DNA from: Alloascoidea hylecoeti | Lineage: Eukaryota | Direction: 5' to 3' | Assembly: GCA_001600815.1 (NCBI GenBank) | Contig: BCKZ01000029.1 | Location: forward strand, 1-64,000 | Length of the DNA stretch: 64,000 nt | Part shown: positions 25,718 through 37,195 of the stretch, one piece after another | Layout of the letters: every line of letters begins with the position of its first letter | Position numbering within the stretch: the first letter of the stretch is position 1 | Made by a program: the position numbers and the translations under genes | Notes under the pieces: model-generated | The model's database searches: none | Seen by the model: the letters and a program-made list of their open reading frames with translations, nothing else | What the model was told of the DNA's origin: nothing

Positions 25718-27460
25718 TTAAAACCCATTTGAATAAGAAAGAGTTCGATTTCTATTTTTTCCAATTATTTTTAAAAAAGCATCTCTTGCATCAGTTAAAG
25801 TTTTCAAATCATCACTTTCATTATCATTATCATTATCAATTTCAATATCTGTTTCATCTTCGGAATCATTTATATAATCATCATTTCTTTGATTATTTAA
25901 ATTATTAATATTATTATTATTTATTAGATCATGTAATAATAATGATGATGGAGATTTTGATAAATGTTCAGCAGGACTTAATGATGGTGAAAATGAATTA
26001 GTTGGAATATATTGTAAATTTAAATGATCAATTGTTGTAAAATTATAATGTTGTTGAGATGGTGGTGTAATTAAATTATGATTATGATTAATATGATTAA
26101 TTTTTTTGAATGATTTAGTTGGGGTAACATTTAATGATTTTATTAATTTATTTTGATTTTGATTATAATTATTATTTTTATGAATCTTATGTTGCTTTTT
26201 GGAGCGGTTTCTTCTTAATCTTTTCTTTCTTAATAATGTTGGACTCTTAGTTAAATCTTCATCAATATCTTTATAATTAAAGTTATTGTTTAGATCAGTT
26301 AAAAATGATATATCAATATCGGAATTAGTTGTTAATAAAGGATCAGATAATCCAAGTTTTATTCTTCTTGTTGATGATAGATCAAATTGTAATGGATTAT
26401 GTTTGAATAAATCATTTGGACTAATTGTATTTTGTATGGTTGATTTTATTGGAGATGAAAATGAAGTTGATATAAATTTTCTAGGTGATATAAAATGTGA
26501 TTTGCTAGATAATGGTGATGAAAATGAAGTATCTAAATTATAGGTATTATTTGAATTTGCATTTGAATTTGAAACAGTAAGAGGAAGTTTCATTTGTGAT
26601 GGAGCTTTTCTTGGTAAATTATAATGTGTGTTCTTATTTTCAATTAGCTCCCGGTCATAATTTGAGTTTGAATTCGAAAACCTTGTTATTTTAGCAGAAC
26701 TAAAAGGTGAAGAAGATTTGTGAGGAGTCAATTGGGACGGAATTTTATCATTTGATTCATTTAAACGTAATTTTTTCACAGATAAAGAATTTAAATCATG
26801 TATAATTGGTGGTTGATTTTCTTCGTCTGAGTTATCAGAATTCGTATCAAGTTGCTCTATTGAGGCCCGTCCGTCAGGATCCACTGAGAGAGACAATTTT
26901 TGATCTAATTTTCGTTTTCTGGAGGTAGGAGGAGTATAAGATTTCCATTTGGTAATTTGGGGTGAAGATGAAATTGGCAAAGATTTCTTCTTTGGTGTAA
27001 ACGGAATCTCTATGGGTTTAACAGACAATTTCATCAAATTTGCACCAGTATGACAATTTTTAGCAGGAGTTGTACTCGGAGAAGCATAATAGCCATTATA
27101 TAGAGGAGAAGAAGAGATGATGGATGAAAAAGTTTTTGGTGTTCCTGGAGAGGAGAAAAGTGCCGAGGAGGAGGTTAGAGGAGAAGAAGAGCCAAGCAAC
27201 ACACTGGGGTCAAAAGATGTTGGAATTTCAAGAAATTCGATCTCTTCATTCATCAAGTCCATATGAGGTTTTATCAACGGGCCATGAAGAGATGCAGAGT
27301 CGACTGGTAAAACAGGCGGAGAAGAAGGAGGGAACTCAGTCGAATCATCCCAAAAGCCGTCTTGATCCTGTGTCACATCAGCATCAGCGTATTCTCGAGG
27401 GGGGGCCGGAGGAAGCGGACGGAGCGGAGGGGCCATTGAATTAGCTGTGCTGTTGCTCAT
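25718..27460 (-). CDS. Ser/Pro/Asn-rich disordered protein (580 aa), possibly an Msa1/Msa2-like cell-cycle regulator
   Basis: Long ORF with many S/T-P sites (TPKK, SPRK, SPIK, TPTK) and short ordered motifs LSLSVDPDGRASI and C-terminal DARDAFLKII. Family assignment is tentative. Confidence 0.7.
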   Translation of the reverse strand: MSNSTANSMAPPLRPLPPAPPREYADADVTQDQDGFWDDSTEFPPSSPPVLPVDSASLHGPLIKPHMDLMNEEIEFLEIPTSFDPSVLLGSSSPLTSSSALFSSPGTPKTFSSIISSSPLYNGYYASPSTTPAKNCHTGANLMKLSVKPIEIPFTPKKKSLPISSSPQITKWKSYTPPTSRKRKLDQKLSLSVDPDGRASIEQLDTNSDNSDEENQPPIIHDLNSLSVKKLRLNESNDKIPSQLTPHKSSSPFSSAKITRFSNSNSNYDRELIENKNTHYNLPRKAPSQMKLPLTVSNSNANSNNTYNLDTSFSSPLSSKSHFISPRKFISTSFSSPIKSTIQNTISPNDLFKHNPLQFDLSSTRRIKLGLSDPLLTTNSDIDISFLTDLNNNFNYKDIDEDLTKSPTLLRKKRLRRNRSKKQHKIHKNNNYNQNQNKLIKSLNVTPTKSFKKINHINHNHNLITPPSQQHYNFTTIDHLNLQYIPTNSFSPSLSPAEHLSKSPSSLLLHDLINNNNINNLNNQRNDDYINDSEDETDIEIDNDNDNESDDLKTLTDARDAFLKIIGKNRNRTLSYSNGF

Positions 27461-27739
27461 AGAAAAAGAGGTTAGAGAAGAAGATGAATGAAATCTGAGA
27501 ATCTGAAAAAAGTACCCCGGTTACCATGACGATAACGCGAAACACACCCCGTTTCAGTGATGCGAAAGTTACATACAGTTGCGCAACCAATAAATCCTTC
27601 GAAATGAACGTATATGTAAAGTGTGCTAATATAGTTATTGCTACCGCATACGGGTATTAGAACATTTGAAATTTTATATTTAAACTAAAATACTAATCTT
27701 AACCATAAGCTTAATACGCTGAACTCTGTTAATTGGCAA

Positions 27740-30700
27740 TTATAAAAAATCAAAGATACCACCCATGTCCACAAACCTTCTGCCACAGTTATTCAAGTAT
27801 CTGTCAACTACTTTCCGACTACTTCCAAACAACAACCTATTCTGTTCAGAGAGTGCCTCCACCTGTGCCTTGGACATCGCCGGTACTTTCGAACCTTCTT
27901 CTCCAGTGAGTTTTTCTGCTTCATCACATGTGTGCTCTCCTGATTTAGCTTTGTCCACGTTGAACAAAGAATCGTAGTATCGTAGTTGAGTGTATAGCTC
28001 CTTATCATTGTACTTATATTTCATTACTCCACGACATCCCTTGCCAAGACCTGAAGGGCCAAGACAGCGCCGCCCATATACACTCATTTGTCGAGTCTCA
28101 ATATGACACGAAGGATCATCACATTGAAGAACATTCTGATAGTATCGATTGATGTGCTGTACTATCTGCGATTCCAACTGGATGTTTATAGCTAAGGGTC
28201 GAATTATTTGTTCACAACCAAGACACTTGATACCACTATTAGTTATCGTATATCCACAAGATCTTACGATTCCATTAAAAATAAATTTATTTTCACATCC
28301 AGGACATTGTAACATTAATCGATCACAAAATAAAAATAACTCTCGGTCTTTAATTAAAGATTCTAAAGGTTGGAACTTTTCAATTCCATTACCACTAGAT
28401 AAAGAGGATGTATCATATTTACCCGATAGACCTAGAATATTAGCTAGTTTACCTCTATCAATACCTTCAATAGAATCTAATAATCGATCAATTGGATATA
28501 ATATCTGTTTCTCAAGATAATAGTCTGCATCTGGATGTAAATCTTGTTTTTTAACTTCTTGTAATGTGAAAGCTTTTTCAGAGTTATGCTTCTTCTTATC
28601 ATCATTTTCTGAAATTTCTTCCTCATCTTTTACATTCTTAGTTGAAGTAATAATGAACGAAATAACATCACCTGCTTTTACAACCTTTCCTTGTTTTTGC
28701 AATCTTAATGCAACTGCCAATTGAGATGGAAGTTGTTTTTTATTAAATTGGTAATTTTTGGGATCTTTCCCTAATCTAACATTGATTAAAAATTTATTAA
28801 GTGGAATTTCATTTTTTCGAATTTTAATTGATAAATCGGTTAAATAAGAAATAATATGTTCTAATCCTTCTTCTATACTTTTACCAAGTAATAGTTCATC
28901 TAAAACATATTGTGAAGTTTCTTTTGTAATTAATGAAAATTCTCTTCTTTTCATATCTAATCCTTTAACTTGAATACTTTTTGAAATCTTACCAGTTTTA
29001 TGTATCATTGTTAAATTAACCGCTGCATATTTTTTCTTTGAATGTAATAAAATTCTTTCAAAAATATTATCAATATCAATTTCTAATAATCGATATTTTT
29101 CATTAACTAATTCTTTAAATTGATTACCAATTTTAATTGCATCATTATAATCTTTAACATTTGTTTCAATCATAACTGAATCTGTATCACCATAAATAAC
29201 AATTAAACTATTATTTTCTGCTAATTCTCTTGTTTGTAATAAAATTTCTCTTCCTCTATTTGTAACCATTTTAGCTAATGGCATCGCATAAAATCTTGAT
29301 TTCGAATAACCTAAACAACCATACATTGAATTTGCAGTTAATTTTAAAGCCATTTGTTTAATATCTAATTGAGATTTTTCAATTGTTGATAATTTATCAT
29401 TTTTCATTAATTTTTTAACTTCTCTTCTTCTTGATACCAATTCTGATAATAATCTTGGTAATATACCTTGCTTTGATTCTTTTGAATTATCAGGATATGA
29501 TGGTAATTTATCTTCTAATTGATGTAATCCTTTCCTATCAACCGTTGTGAAACAAATATTATATTCTTGTATAATTGATGGATATAAACTATTAAAATCC
29601 ATAACAAGAACATAATTATCGTGTAATCCTTTAACTGGATCAAAAACCAAACCACCTTTATATTTATTTTTATTTGATGTAGTAGCTGTAGTTTCATCAT
29701 CCTCATCATTATTATTTTCACTATTAACATTATTATTTGTTTCTAGTTTCTTTTTATTATCAAATGGATTAAATTTATCAGGAACAATATATTTATTTCT
29801 TGTAAATTCATGTAAAAGAATATATTCATTTCTTTCTGCTCTAGTACCACTTAAAGTTTTAGCCCAACTATTACCGGCAATATTTGTCAATTGTTTAGTT
29901 AATCCTAATAATTGAATTTGAATTGCTAATTCATAAATAATATTTGCTTTTTTTAAATTATCATTCATTTGTTCAACTAAAAAATTTGAATCATCCCAAA
30001 TCTTTTCATCTTTTAAATCACCTTCGGGTGGTATTAAATTAATTCCTAATACAATATTTGACATTTCTTCAATTGTCCAAGTTTGACATTTTGGCATAAT
30101 TGATCTTGCCATATCATTTGAAAGACTTGATAATAATCTACCACATGCAATTTCTTTTTCAGCATAATTTGAATTATTTATTGATCTACCAAAATTTGAT
30201 GGCCAATCTTTTCTATTTCGATTTCGACGACCAATTGAACTCCAAAGTGAAATACCTTGTTTTTTCATTCGATGTAAAATTATTGAAATATCTGTATCAA
30301 TATCAATACTTAATAAAACATCAGGATCTGATTTTGTTAAAAAAAATGAAAAACTATTTAATAAATATGTTTCATTTTTACATGCTTGTATTTTATTACT
30401 TGATGATTTTTTTTCAAAACCTAATGGGAAATTAATTGTTGTTGATAATGGTCTAATAAAACTTTTTTGTTCAATTGATGAATTATTATTAATTTTTTTT
30501 ATATCTGCAATATCTTGTGGTACATCTTTATAAACAATACATGATAAGCCAATAATTTCTTGTTGATCGGTTTTATTATTCATTATTGTTTTTAATGATA
30601 ATGTCATTAATGTTAATGGTGGTGGGGTTAAATTTTCTTGAATTGATAATACATCTAATGGCGATTCAACTTTTATTTCAACTTTTGTATGTGATATATT

Positions 30701-32203
30701 TCTAATTGATTCTAAATCAGGATTTTGTATTTTTAACCAGCATGGTCCTTTAATTTGCCTTGATAATACAAATTGTTCAAATAATGATGTTTGAGAACCA
30801 AATATTTGTTTGAAAGTTTCACCTGTTAGATTGGAAGGTAATGATCCAGATGTAAAAGGTAGTAAAACTTTTAAATATTCTGCTTTTTGTGGAATATCAT
30901 CCTGTTCAAATGCATAATTTCTAGTACATGGCTTTGCTCTAAATTCTTTTAATTTTAAAGTCTTTCGAATAATTGTTGAAATTTCTTTATGAACATCACC
31001 AATTTCAAATCCAGTTTTTGGTAATATATAAACATCTCTTAATATATTATTTATTTGAATTGTACAACTAACCCATTCACCACTTTTGGTTTGTGTTTTA
31101 CCAAATAATAATAATATTTTACCACCAATTTCAGTATAATCTGTCCAAAATATATTAATGGTTTCTAAATCATTAGAATCATTAGTAAAATCAGAATATG
31201 ATAATTTTAAATTCGTTGATTTTGATTTTGAATTATCCATAAATTCAACAACTCTTTGTAATGCAGGACTTCCTTCAATGATTTTTGGCTTTAAATGAAT
31301 TGGTGTCTGTTTATTTGTCCATACAGTTGGTCTTTTTATCATAATTTCTTCATCAGAATCAGAATCTGAGTCAATTTTTTTACTATCTAATGGAATTGGA
31401 TTAATATTTTCCTTTTCATTTTCCTTTTCATTTTCCTTTTCATATTTTAAAGGTGTCAGAATTTGTTCACCAATTGGATCCATATCAATTGGAGAAGAAG
31501 GAAAATCCATTTGTGGTCCAAAGTCCTCATTATCATCTATATCCATAGCATTATCATTTTTATCGGGTATTGTAGTATTAATTTCATGCTTGAAAATAGA
31601 TCTCTTTGGTTTTGAACTTTGGACAAACGGATCATCAAAGAATGATTTAGATCTAGAACCACGTTTAGTTGTTATTTTTTTATTTTCTGAAGGTGCTTCA
31701 AAATTACCAAGAATGTCATCAATATCGACATTTTTCTTTTCATGTCGCTATAATATTATTGGTTAGATCTTGCTTAATCGACGCGTCAGCCCAGACATAA
31801 TAAAATTATTACTTACAATTACTTGGCCAGCAACAGCAGATGATTTAAAAAATTTCTTTATATCATGATGTTGATCCTTCTTTTTATCAACTTTTCTCTT
31901 TTTATGTTTTTTATCATTACTATTATCTTCCTCATCACTTTCATAATCACCATTTAAATCTCTTCTTTTATTTCGGTGGTCCCATTCGTCAGCTCCATTA
32001 TCAATATAGCCGTCACCATCCCCATCATTATTATCACCAACGACAAAATCTTCATTTAGAATAATATCTCTTTTGATTTCACGAAATGTATCATCGTCAA
32101 CTTCTTGATAAATATCAACATCTTCATTTATTTTATAAGATGCAAGTCGCGACCCTTTACCACTTCTAGCGGCCCTTAACTGTGCCAATGAAGATTTAGC
32201 CAT
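27740..32203 (-). CDS. POL1: DNA polymerase alpha catalytic subunit; exons 32203-31817 and 31747-27740 (69-nt intron, ~1464 aa)
   Basis: PolB motifs DFNSLYPSII, KLTANSMYGCLG, YGDTDS and C-terminal Zn fingers. GTAAGT..CTAAC..TAG intron at 31816-31748 joins the two ORFs in frame. Confidence 0.97.
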
Positions 32204-32280
32204 TGAGAATAAAAATCAAGAATTATAAAAAAAGAAAGAATGCTATTGTTGGTGTTTGAAATGTTGGGGGATAAAAGAAA

Positions 32281-32303
32281 ACGCGAAGTTGAAAGCGACG
32301 CGT
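32281..32303. promoter_or_regulatory. MCB (MBF-binding) elements upstream of POL1
   Basis: ACGCGA at 32281 and ACGCGT at 32298, 80-100 bp upstream of the POL1 ATG, as expected for G1/S replication genes. Confidence 0.8.
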
Positions 32304-32911
32304 CCTTAAAGATTTGATGGTATATATCAGAACTCCTAAGTATATTTTATACCTACATTTGACTAACTTTATTACAGTACTTTGCCTTAATATCGACCAC
32401 TTGCTAGCCTATATATTTGCCTGACATTTAGGAACTATTCGCCCAAAGGTTAAATCAATAATTCGATCACATGGTGCAATAATATTCCACTAGTTTTCTC
32501 ACTCAAGGTAGGCCACATAATACACTAATATTAGACCATTTGTATAGATAAGTATCGGTCACTATTTGAACTAATTATTCGGTAACGTATTGCTCACTTT
32601 CAAGCTGTTTTATTCCCTTGGAATTCACATTTAGTGATGATCCCAACCTAATATTGCTTTATTGTAGTTGATAAGGACAGTACACTTGCAGCAAATTGTT
32701 GATCTTGTTGTTTCTGTAGATCTTATAACCTTATAATATTTTACACCCACCACAACATGGTCGAATATTTAGTCCATCACATAGCTTAGTTAGATTAAGT
32801 AGAATGATGTACCACTTTATTTTATATTTTATATTGAAAAATGTATTTAAGAGTATTTGTTTATATATTTATGAACATTCATCATTCTCAGCAACCAGTT
32901 ATAAATTTCAT

Positions 32912-33423
32912 CTATTTTGCGACTCTGGCAGCACACAAATACTAAATGATCAATTAGTCGCAAATACAATTGATAAATAATGATATAAAAAGTAAAAATA
33001 CTCACAGGAAAAATCTTAGCATTTTCAACATCCCAAACTCCTTCTTTAAAATAAATATCTGTTTTCAAGAACTTTTTAACCTCTTCTTCATTATCAGCAA
33101 CGACACTTAGTACTGATCCATTTAAGTTTGGAGTTTCCCCCGCTTTGGGAAGTGAAGCAAGAGTACCGCCTAACATGATAATTAGGATTATAATTGAGAT
33201 GAATAAGATAGTTACCTTATATATGAAATAAGTAGCATACCTGCTAGTGTTAAGTTTCCGTTTTGGACATTTCCTGGGATTCCTTCCATATGTAGTCCTC
33301 TAACTGCCATTCTTTTGTCAAGCTATACATTAATTGGTGTTAGAAAGGTGATTGATCGAGTCAATTAACAAAAAAACATACAACACCGGGGAAATCTGGG
33401 ATAATAGCGATAAAGTCAGGCAT
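32912..33423 (-). CDS. YCII-related domain protein, 105 aa, 4 exons (33423-33382, 33322-33241, 33169-33006, 32941-32912)
   Basis: Splicing GTATGT, GTATGC and GTGAGT..TAG introns gives MPDFIAIIPDFPGVLDKRMAVRGLHMEGI..AGGTL..LNGSVLSVVADNEEEVKKFLKTDIYFKEGVWD..IFPYLCAARVAK*, with the YCII R..VR..H and D.Y...GVW motifs. Confidence 0.88.
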
Positions 33424-33499
33424 TAAGATTATAGATATGTTTATGGCTTGAAATATTGATGGATCGAAATATGGAGTAAGTCCGGGTGAGGACAGGTTG

Positions 33500-33507
33500 T
33501 TACCCGG
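33500..33507. promoter_or_regulatory. Reb1-like site TTACCCGG in the 151-bp YCII/VPS74 divergent promoter
   Basis: Exact motif; it also occurs at 36839 (BCS1/UBP2), 60405, 61743 (TTACCCG) and in both inverted-repeat arms (7100, 7520). Confidence 0.6.
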
Positions 33508-33574
33508 AGACGACCATGATATTCGTGTCTTTCAGCCAACAAACCTTCCAGACTTGGGATTGTAGTAGTGAAAT

Positions 33575-34761
33575 ATGTCTTCAGGTCTCCAACGTCGCAG
33601 AGTGAGAGCTTCTTCCTCAGGAACAGCACCATCATCACCAGTAACACCAACTACCCAAAATAATCAAACACCACAAGACTCAGAAGCTGGCCATAAAATT
33701 GCCTACGACCCAGATGACATCCCGACAAATAGCACAGAAACGAAATTACCACGTTTGACTTTAATGGAAGAAGTTCTATTGATGGGTATTAAAGATAAAG
33801 AAGGTTATTTGTCTTTTTGGAATGATAATATTTCTTATGCTTTGAGAGGTTGTATCATTTTAGAACTCGCTTTTAGAGGTAAAATTCAAATGGTTAACGA
33901 TCCTGCTAGACGAAGGCTTGAACTATCAGAACGAAACATTGAAGTTATCGATAGTACTTTAACTGGTGAAGTTTTACTTGATGAAAGCTTGAAATTAATG
34001 AAGGCTAGTGAACCAATGAGTGTTGGACAATGGATCGATTTACTAAGTGGTAAGTTGCTGTTTTGTTGTTTTAAAAATAACATATTGTGCTTTCTTCAAA
34101 CTTGCAGGCATTATTTTTCCTTTTTACTTGCTACTTTTTCTCTCTTTTTGAACCTCAGATTCCAATTTTGTGTGACTTATTTTTAACTGACCGTTTATTT
34201 TTCTTATTTTCTTTTTCCTCAGGCGAAACATGGAATATCACTAAAATTAATTATCAATTAAAGCAAGTTCGTGAACGTTTAGCAAAAGGTCTTGTTGATA
34301 AAGGTATATTAAGAACAGAACGCCGCAATTTTTTCTTATTTGATATGGCCACTCATCCACTCGCAGATACAGCATCAAAAGAAGGTATTAAAAGACGTGT
34401 CATATCAATTCTCGGAGCTCGTACAATTAATTTGCAATCAACACCTTTATTCTCAGAATTTGTTCAGTATCGACATATAAGGTCGATTTCTCTTGTTTGT
34501 GGTGCATATGCAGCAAATGTACTAGAAAATGTGTTACTAGGGCTTAGTTATGATGGTAGAGATCGTGCATTTGCAAGAGCTGATGAATTATTAACACAGT
34601 TTAGTGAATGGCCTTTTCAATCAAATACAAAAAGTGCTTTAGGTGTAGGATTAAATTTAAGTCAACTTATTACTGAGGAATTAACTGATTCAAATGAATT
34701 ACAGATGGAAATTGTTGCTGCTGTTCTTTGTGTCTTTTCAAGAATGGATTCAATATTATAG
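33575..34761 (+). CDS. VPS74: Golgi phosphoprotein 3 / Vps74; intron 34050-34222
   Basis: [52 protein letters not shown] splice restores DLLSG|ETWN. Confidence 0.96.
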
Positions 34762-35315
34762 ATTTATAAAGGATAGACATAAGTCATCGTCATCTTTAAT
34801 AATATTTCTGTTTATATATATTTATTCAAAATCCAAATTCAAATTCAAATTCCTATACAATCCATTAAAAAATTCATATTCAAATTTTAAAGAAAGAAAA
34901 GGCTACTTTATATATTATATTAATTTATACTTCTGACAGAAGGTGAGAAATATTCAATTGAAAACTAATATGGACGATAATATTAATAGATGTAACATAT
35001 ATCAAAGTAGAATAATCTAGCAATTGTCATATGGTTCATAATAATTTCATATAATTTGATTTACTCTCTAGATCCACATATTTACACCTTGCTTTTTCCT
35101 CCTTGCTTTTATCTAATTCATAATCATCCCATACTTATAAATATCCGTTTAAATTTCAGGAAGACGCCATTAATATCAATATTAATAGCTAATATAGTGT
35201 ACACTATGAATTTTATTTTTAAATCAAATATAGGAATTCTAATTACAATGTATTTTCAATTATATACAACCGAGTTAGCTTCAAACCTATTTACAAATGT
35301 AATTGAAGGGCCAAA

Positions 35316-36701
35316 TTATTGTCTATTCCTTGGTTTTAGTGCTCCGACAAATTCAACAGCTTTTTTTGGCTCCATTTTATTATATATGAAATAGCCTTGT
35401 AGCTGAGCCATACTAACCTCACAATTTAAATTTTTAACGCCTTGAACAAATTTCTCACATAGCTCCGTTTCATCAGGATAAAACTTTAAGAATAATTGTT
35501 CAATTTGATAATTAGTCGCTGAACCAATTTCCTGTTGAAAATCAACTCTACCAGGCCTTAATAAAGCAGGATCTAATTTTTCAGGATGATTTGTTGTCAT
35601 AAAAGTTATAATTTCTTCAGCTGATGCAACACCATCTAAAGCATTCAATAAACCTGAAAATGTAACAAATGATTTAAAACCTTTTTCACCAGTTTGTTCT
35701 CGTTTATTAAAGGCTGCATCGATATCTTCTAATAATAAAATACTCCTTTTCGGTATATGATTCATCAAATGATTCATTCTATCATCAGTTAAATTTGCTT
35801 CAGATAAATTTAAAATACAAATATCATAATCCATTTGTCCTGCCAATGCTTGAATAAAACTTGTTTTACCACTGCCAGGTGTTCCATGAAGTAAATATCC
35901 TCTTCTATATGGTATACCTCTATCATAATACCAATTGCTTGTCGATAAAAATTCATTAACATCTTCATATAACTTTTCTTTGATACCTTTATCTAAAATG
36001 ACAGAATCTAAAGATCTTTTTCTTCTGGGATCACCAAAAGGTCTCCATTCATGTCCAGTTGAAGTATAAACCACTGTTTTCCCTTCATTTGCTTTTAAAG
36101 CAAAATCTTTCGCTTCGGTTAAGATATTTGTTAATAATTCTCGATCTCTATATAAAGTTGTCAACTTAACAGTTTCAAAAGGTTGAGCATTTGTTAAATC
36201 CAACATTTTACTCGATCTTTCTCTATTAACGAATATAAAAGCACCTTTATATCGTAATAAATGATTTCCTGGACCAGGAATCATTGAAAATTTTGTAGAT
36301 ATACTGCCATTTGTATGTTCTTCAAAAGCAGTTTCAATTCCAAAATGTCTTGATCTTCTATGTGGATATTTTGCCATCCATTCAAGAAACCATAAATAAG
36401 ATTTATCTCGAGATGGTATTTCTAGATCAACTAACATTTGCGAATATGCTAATGCTGATGCTTGTTTTATACCATTACGAGCTAAAGCTGCAACAGCACC
36501 AAGAACCATTAAACCTCCACCGGCTGCAAAATAGGGATTTGAAGCAAGTATATTTGATAACAGTTTGCCAGCTTTGCTATCTGGTGAGACTAAACCACCG
36601 GTTGCATCTTCAATATTTATTTGTGATTGTGATTGAGGTTGAGTTGGAGTAGTTGGTGTTGAGACATCGGCATTTATTTCTGCTGCCCCTAGAGAACTCA
36701 T
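35316..36701 (-). CDS. BCS1: Mitochondrial AAA chaperone Bcs1
   Basis: [55 protein letters not shown]. Confidence 0.97.
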   Translation of the reverse strand: MSSLGAAEINADVSTPTTPTQPQSQSQINIEDATGGLVSPDSKAGKLLSNILASNPYFAAGGGLMVLGAVAALARNGIKQASALAYSQMLVDLEIPSRDKSYLWFLEWMAKYPHRRSRHFGIETAFEEHTNGSISTKFSMIPGPGNHLLRYKGAFIFVNRERSSKMLDLTNAQPFETVKLTTLYRDRELLTNILTEAKDFALKANEGKTVVYTSTGHEWRPFGDPRRKRSLDSVILDKGIKEKLYEDVNEFLSTSNWYYDRGIPYRRGYLLHGTPGSGKTSFIQALAGQMDYDICILNLSEANLTDDRMNHLMNHIPKRSILLLEDIDAAFNKREQTGEKGFKSFVTFSGLLNALDGVASAEEIITFMTTNHPEKLDPALLRPGRVDFQQEIGSATNYQIEQLFLKFYPDETELCEKFVQGVKNLNCEVSMAQLQGYFIYNKMEPKKAVEFVGALKPRNRQ

Positions 36702-37195
36702 AATACATGCAATGAAGATTCTTCAGCAACGGTCGCAATTGAAGTATTTAAATAACAAGATTAAGGGTATAAATATAGGGTAAATATAGAAATTGAGATT
36801 TATAATTAATTATATAAAATCCTGGACATAAACAATTATTACCCGGTCACTGATTGAAAAATCCCAAAAAACGTAAGCGGATAAACCATAAAAGATGATA
36901 AACTTAAGATATAATTTAATTATTATGAATAGATATTTGAAAGAAATAGAAATGAAAATACAATTGTTTGAATTAATTAAATTTGTTTTTAATTGCTACC
37001 GTAGCTTTGGTTTTGAAATCCAACATTAATCATTAATCATTAGTACCCGCATTTCTTTCTTATTTTTTGTTTTCTACTCATTTGTGTACCTGGAACTGTG
37101 TAAACTTGGAAAATGGAACAAAAAGCATAAATCGTTTTTAAAAGACACAAGTTTTGATTTCATATTTATATTTATACTCAATATATAAAAGAAAA

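Noticed and set aside
32634..32720. C/D snoRNA (GTGATGA box C)
   Set aside because: No CTGA box D or recognisable rRNA guide.
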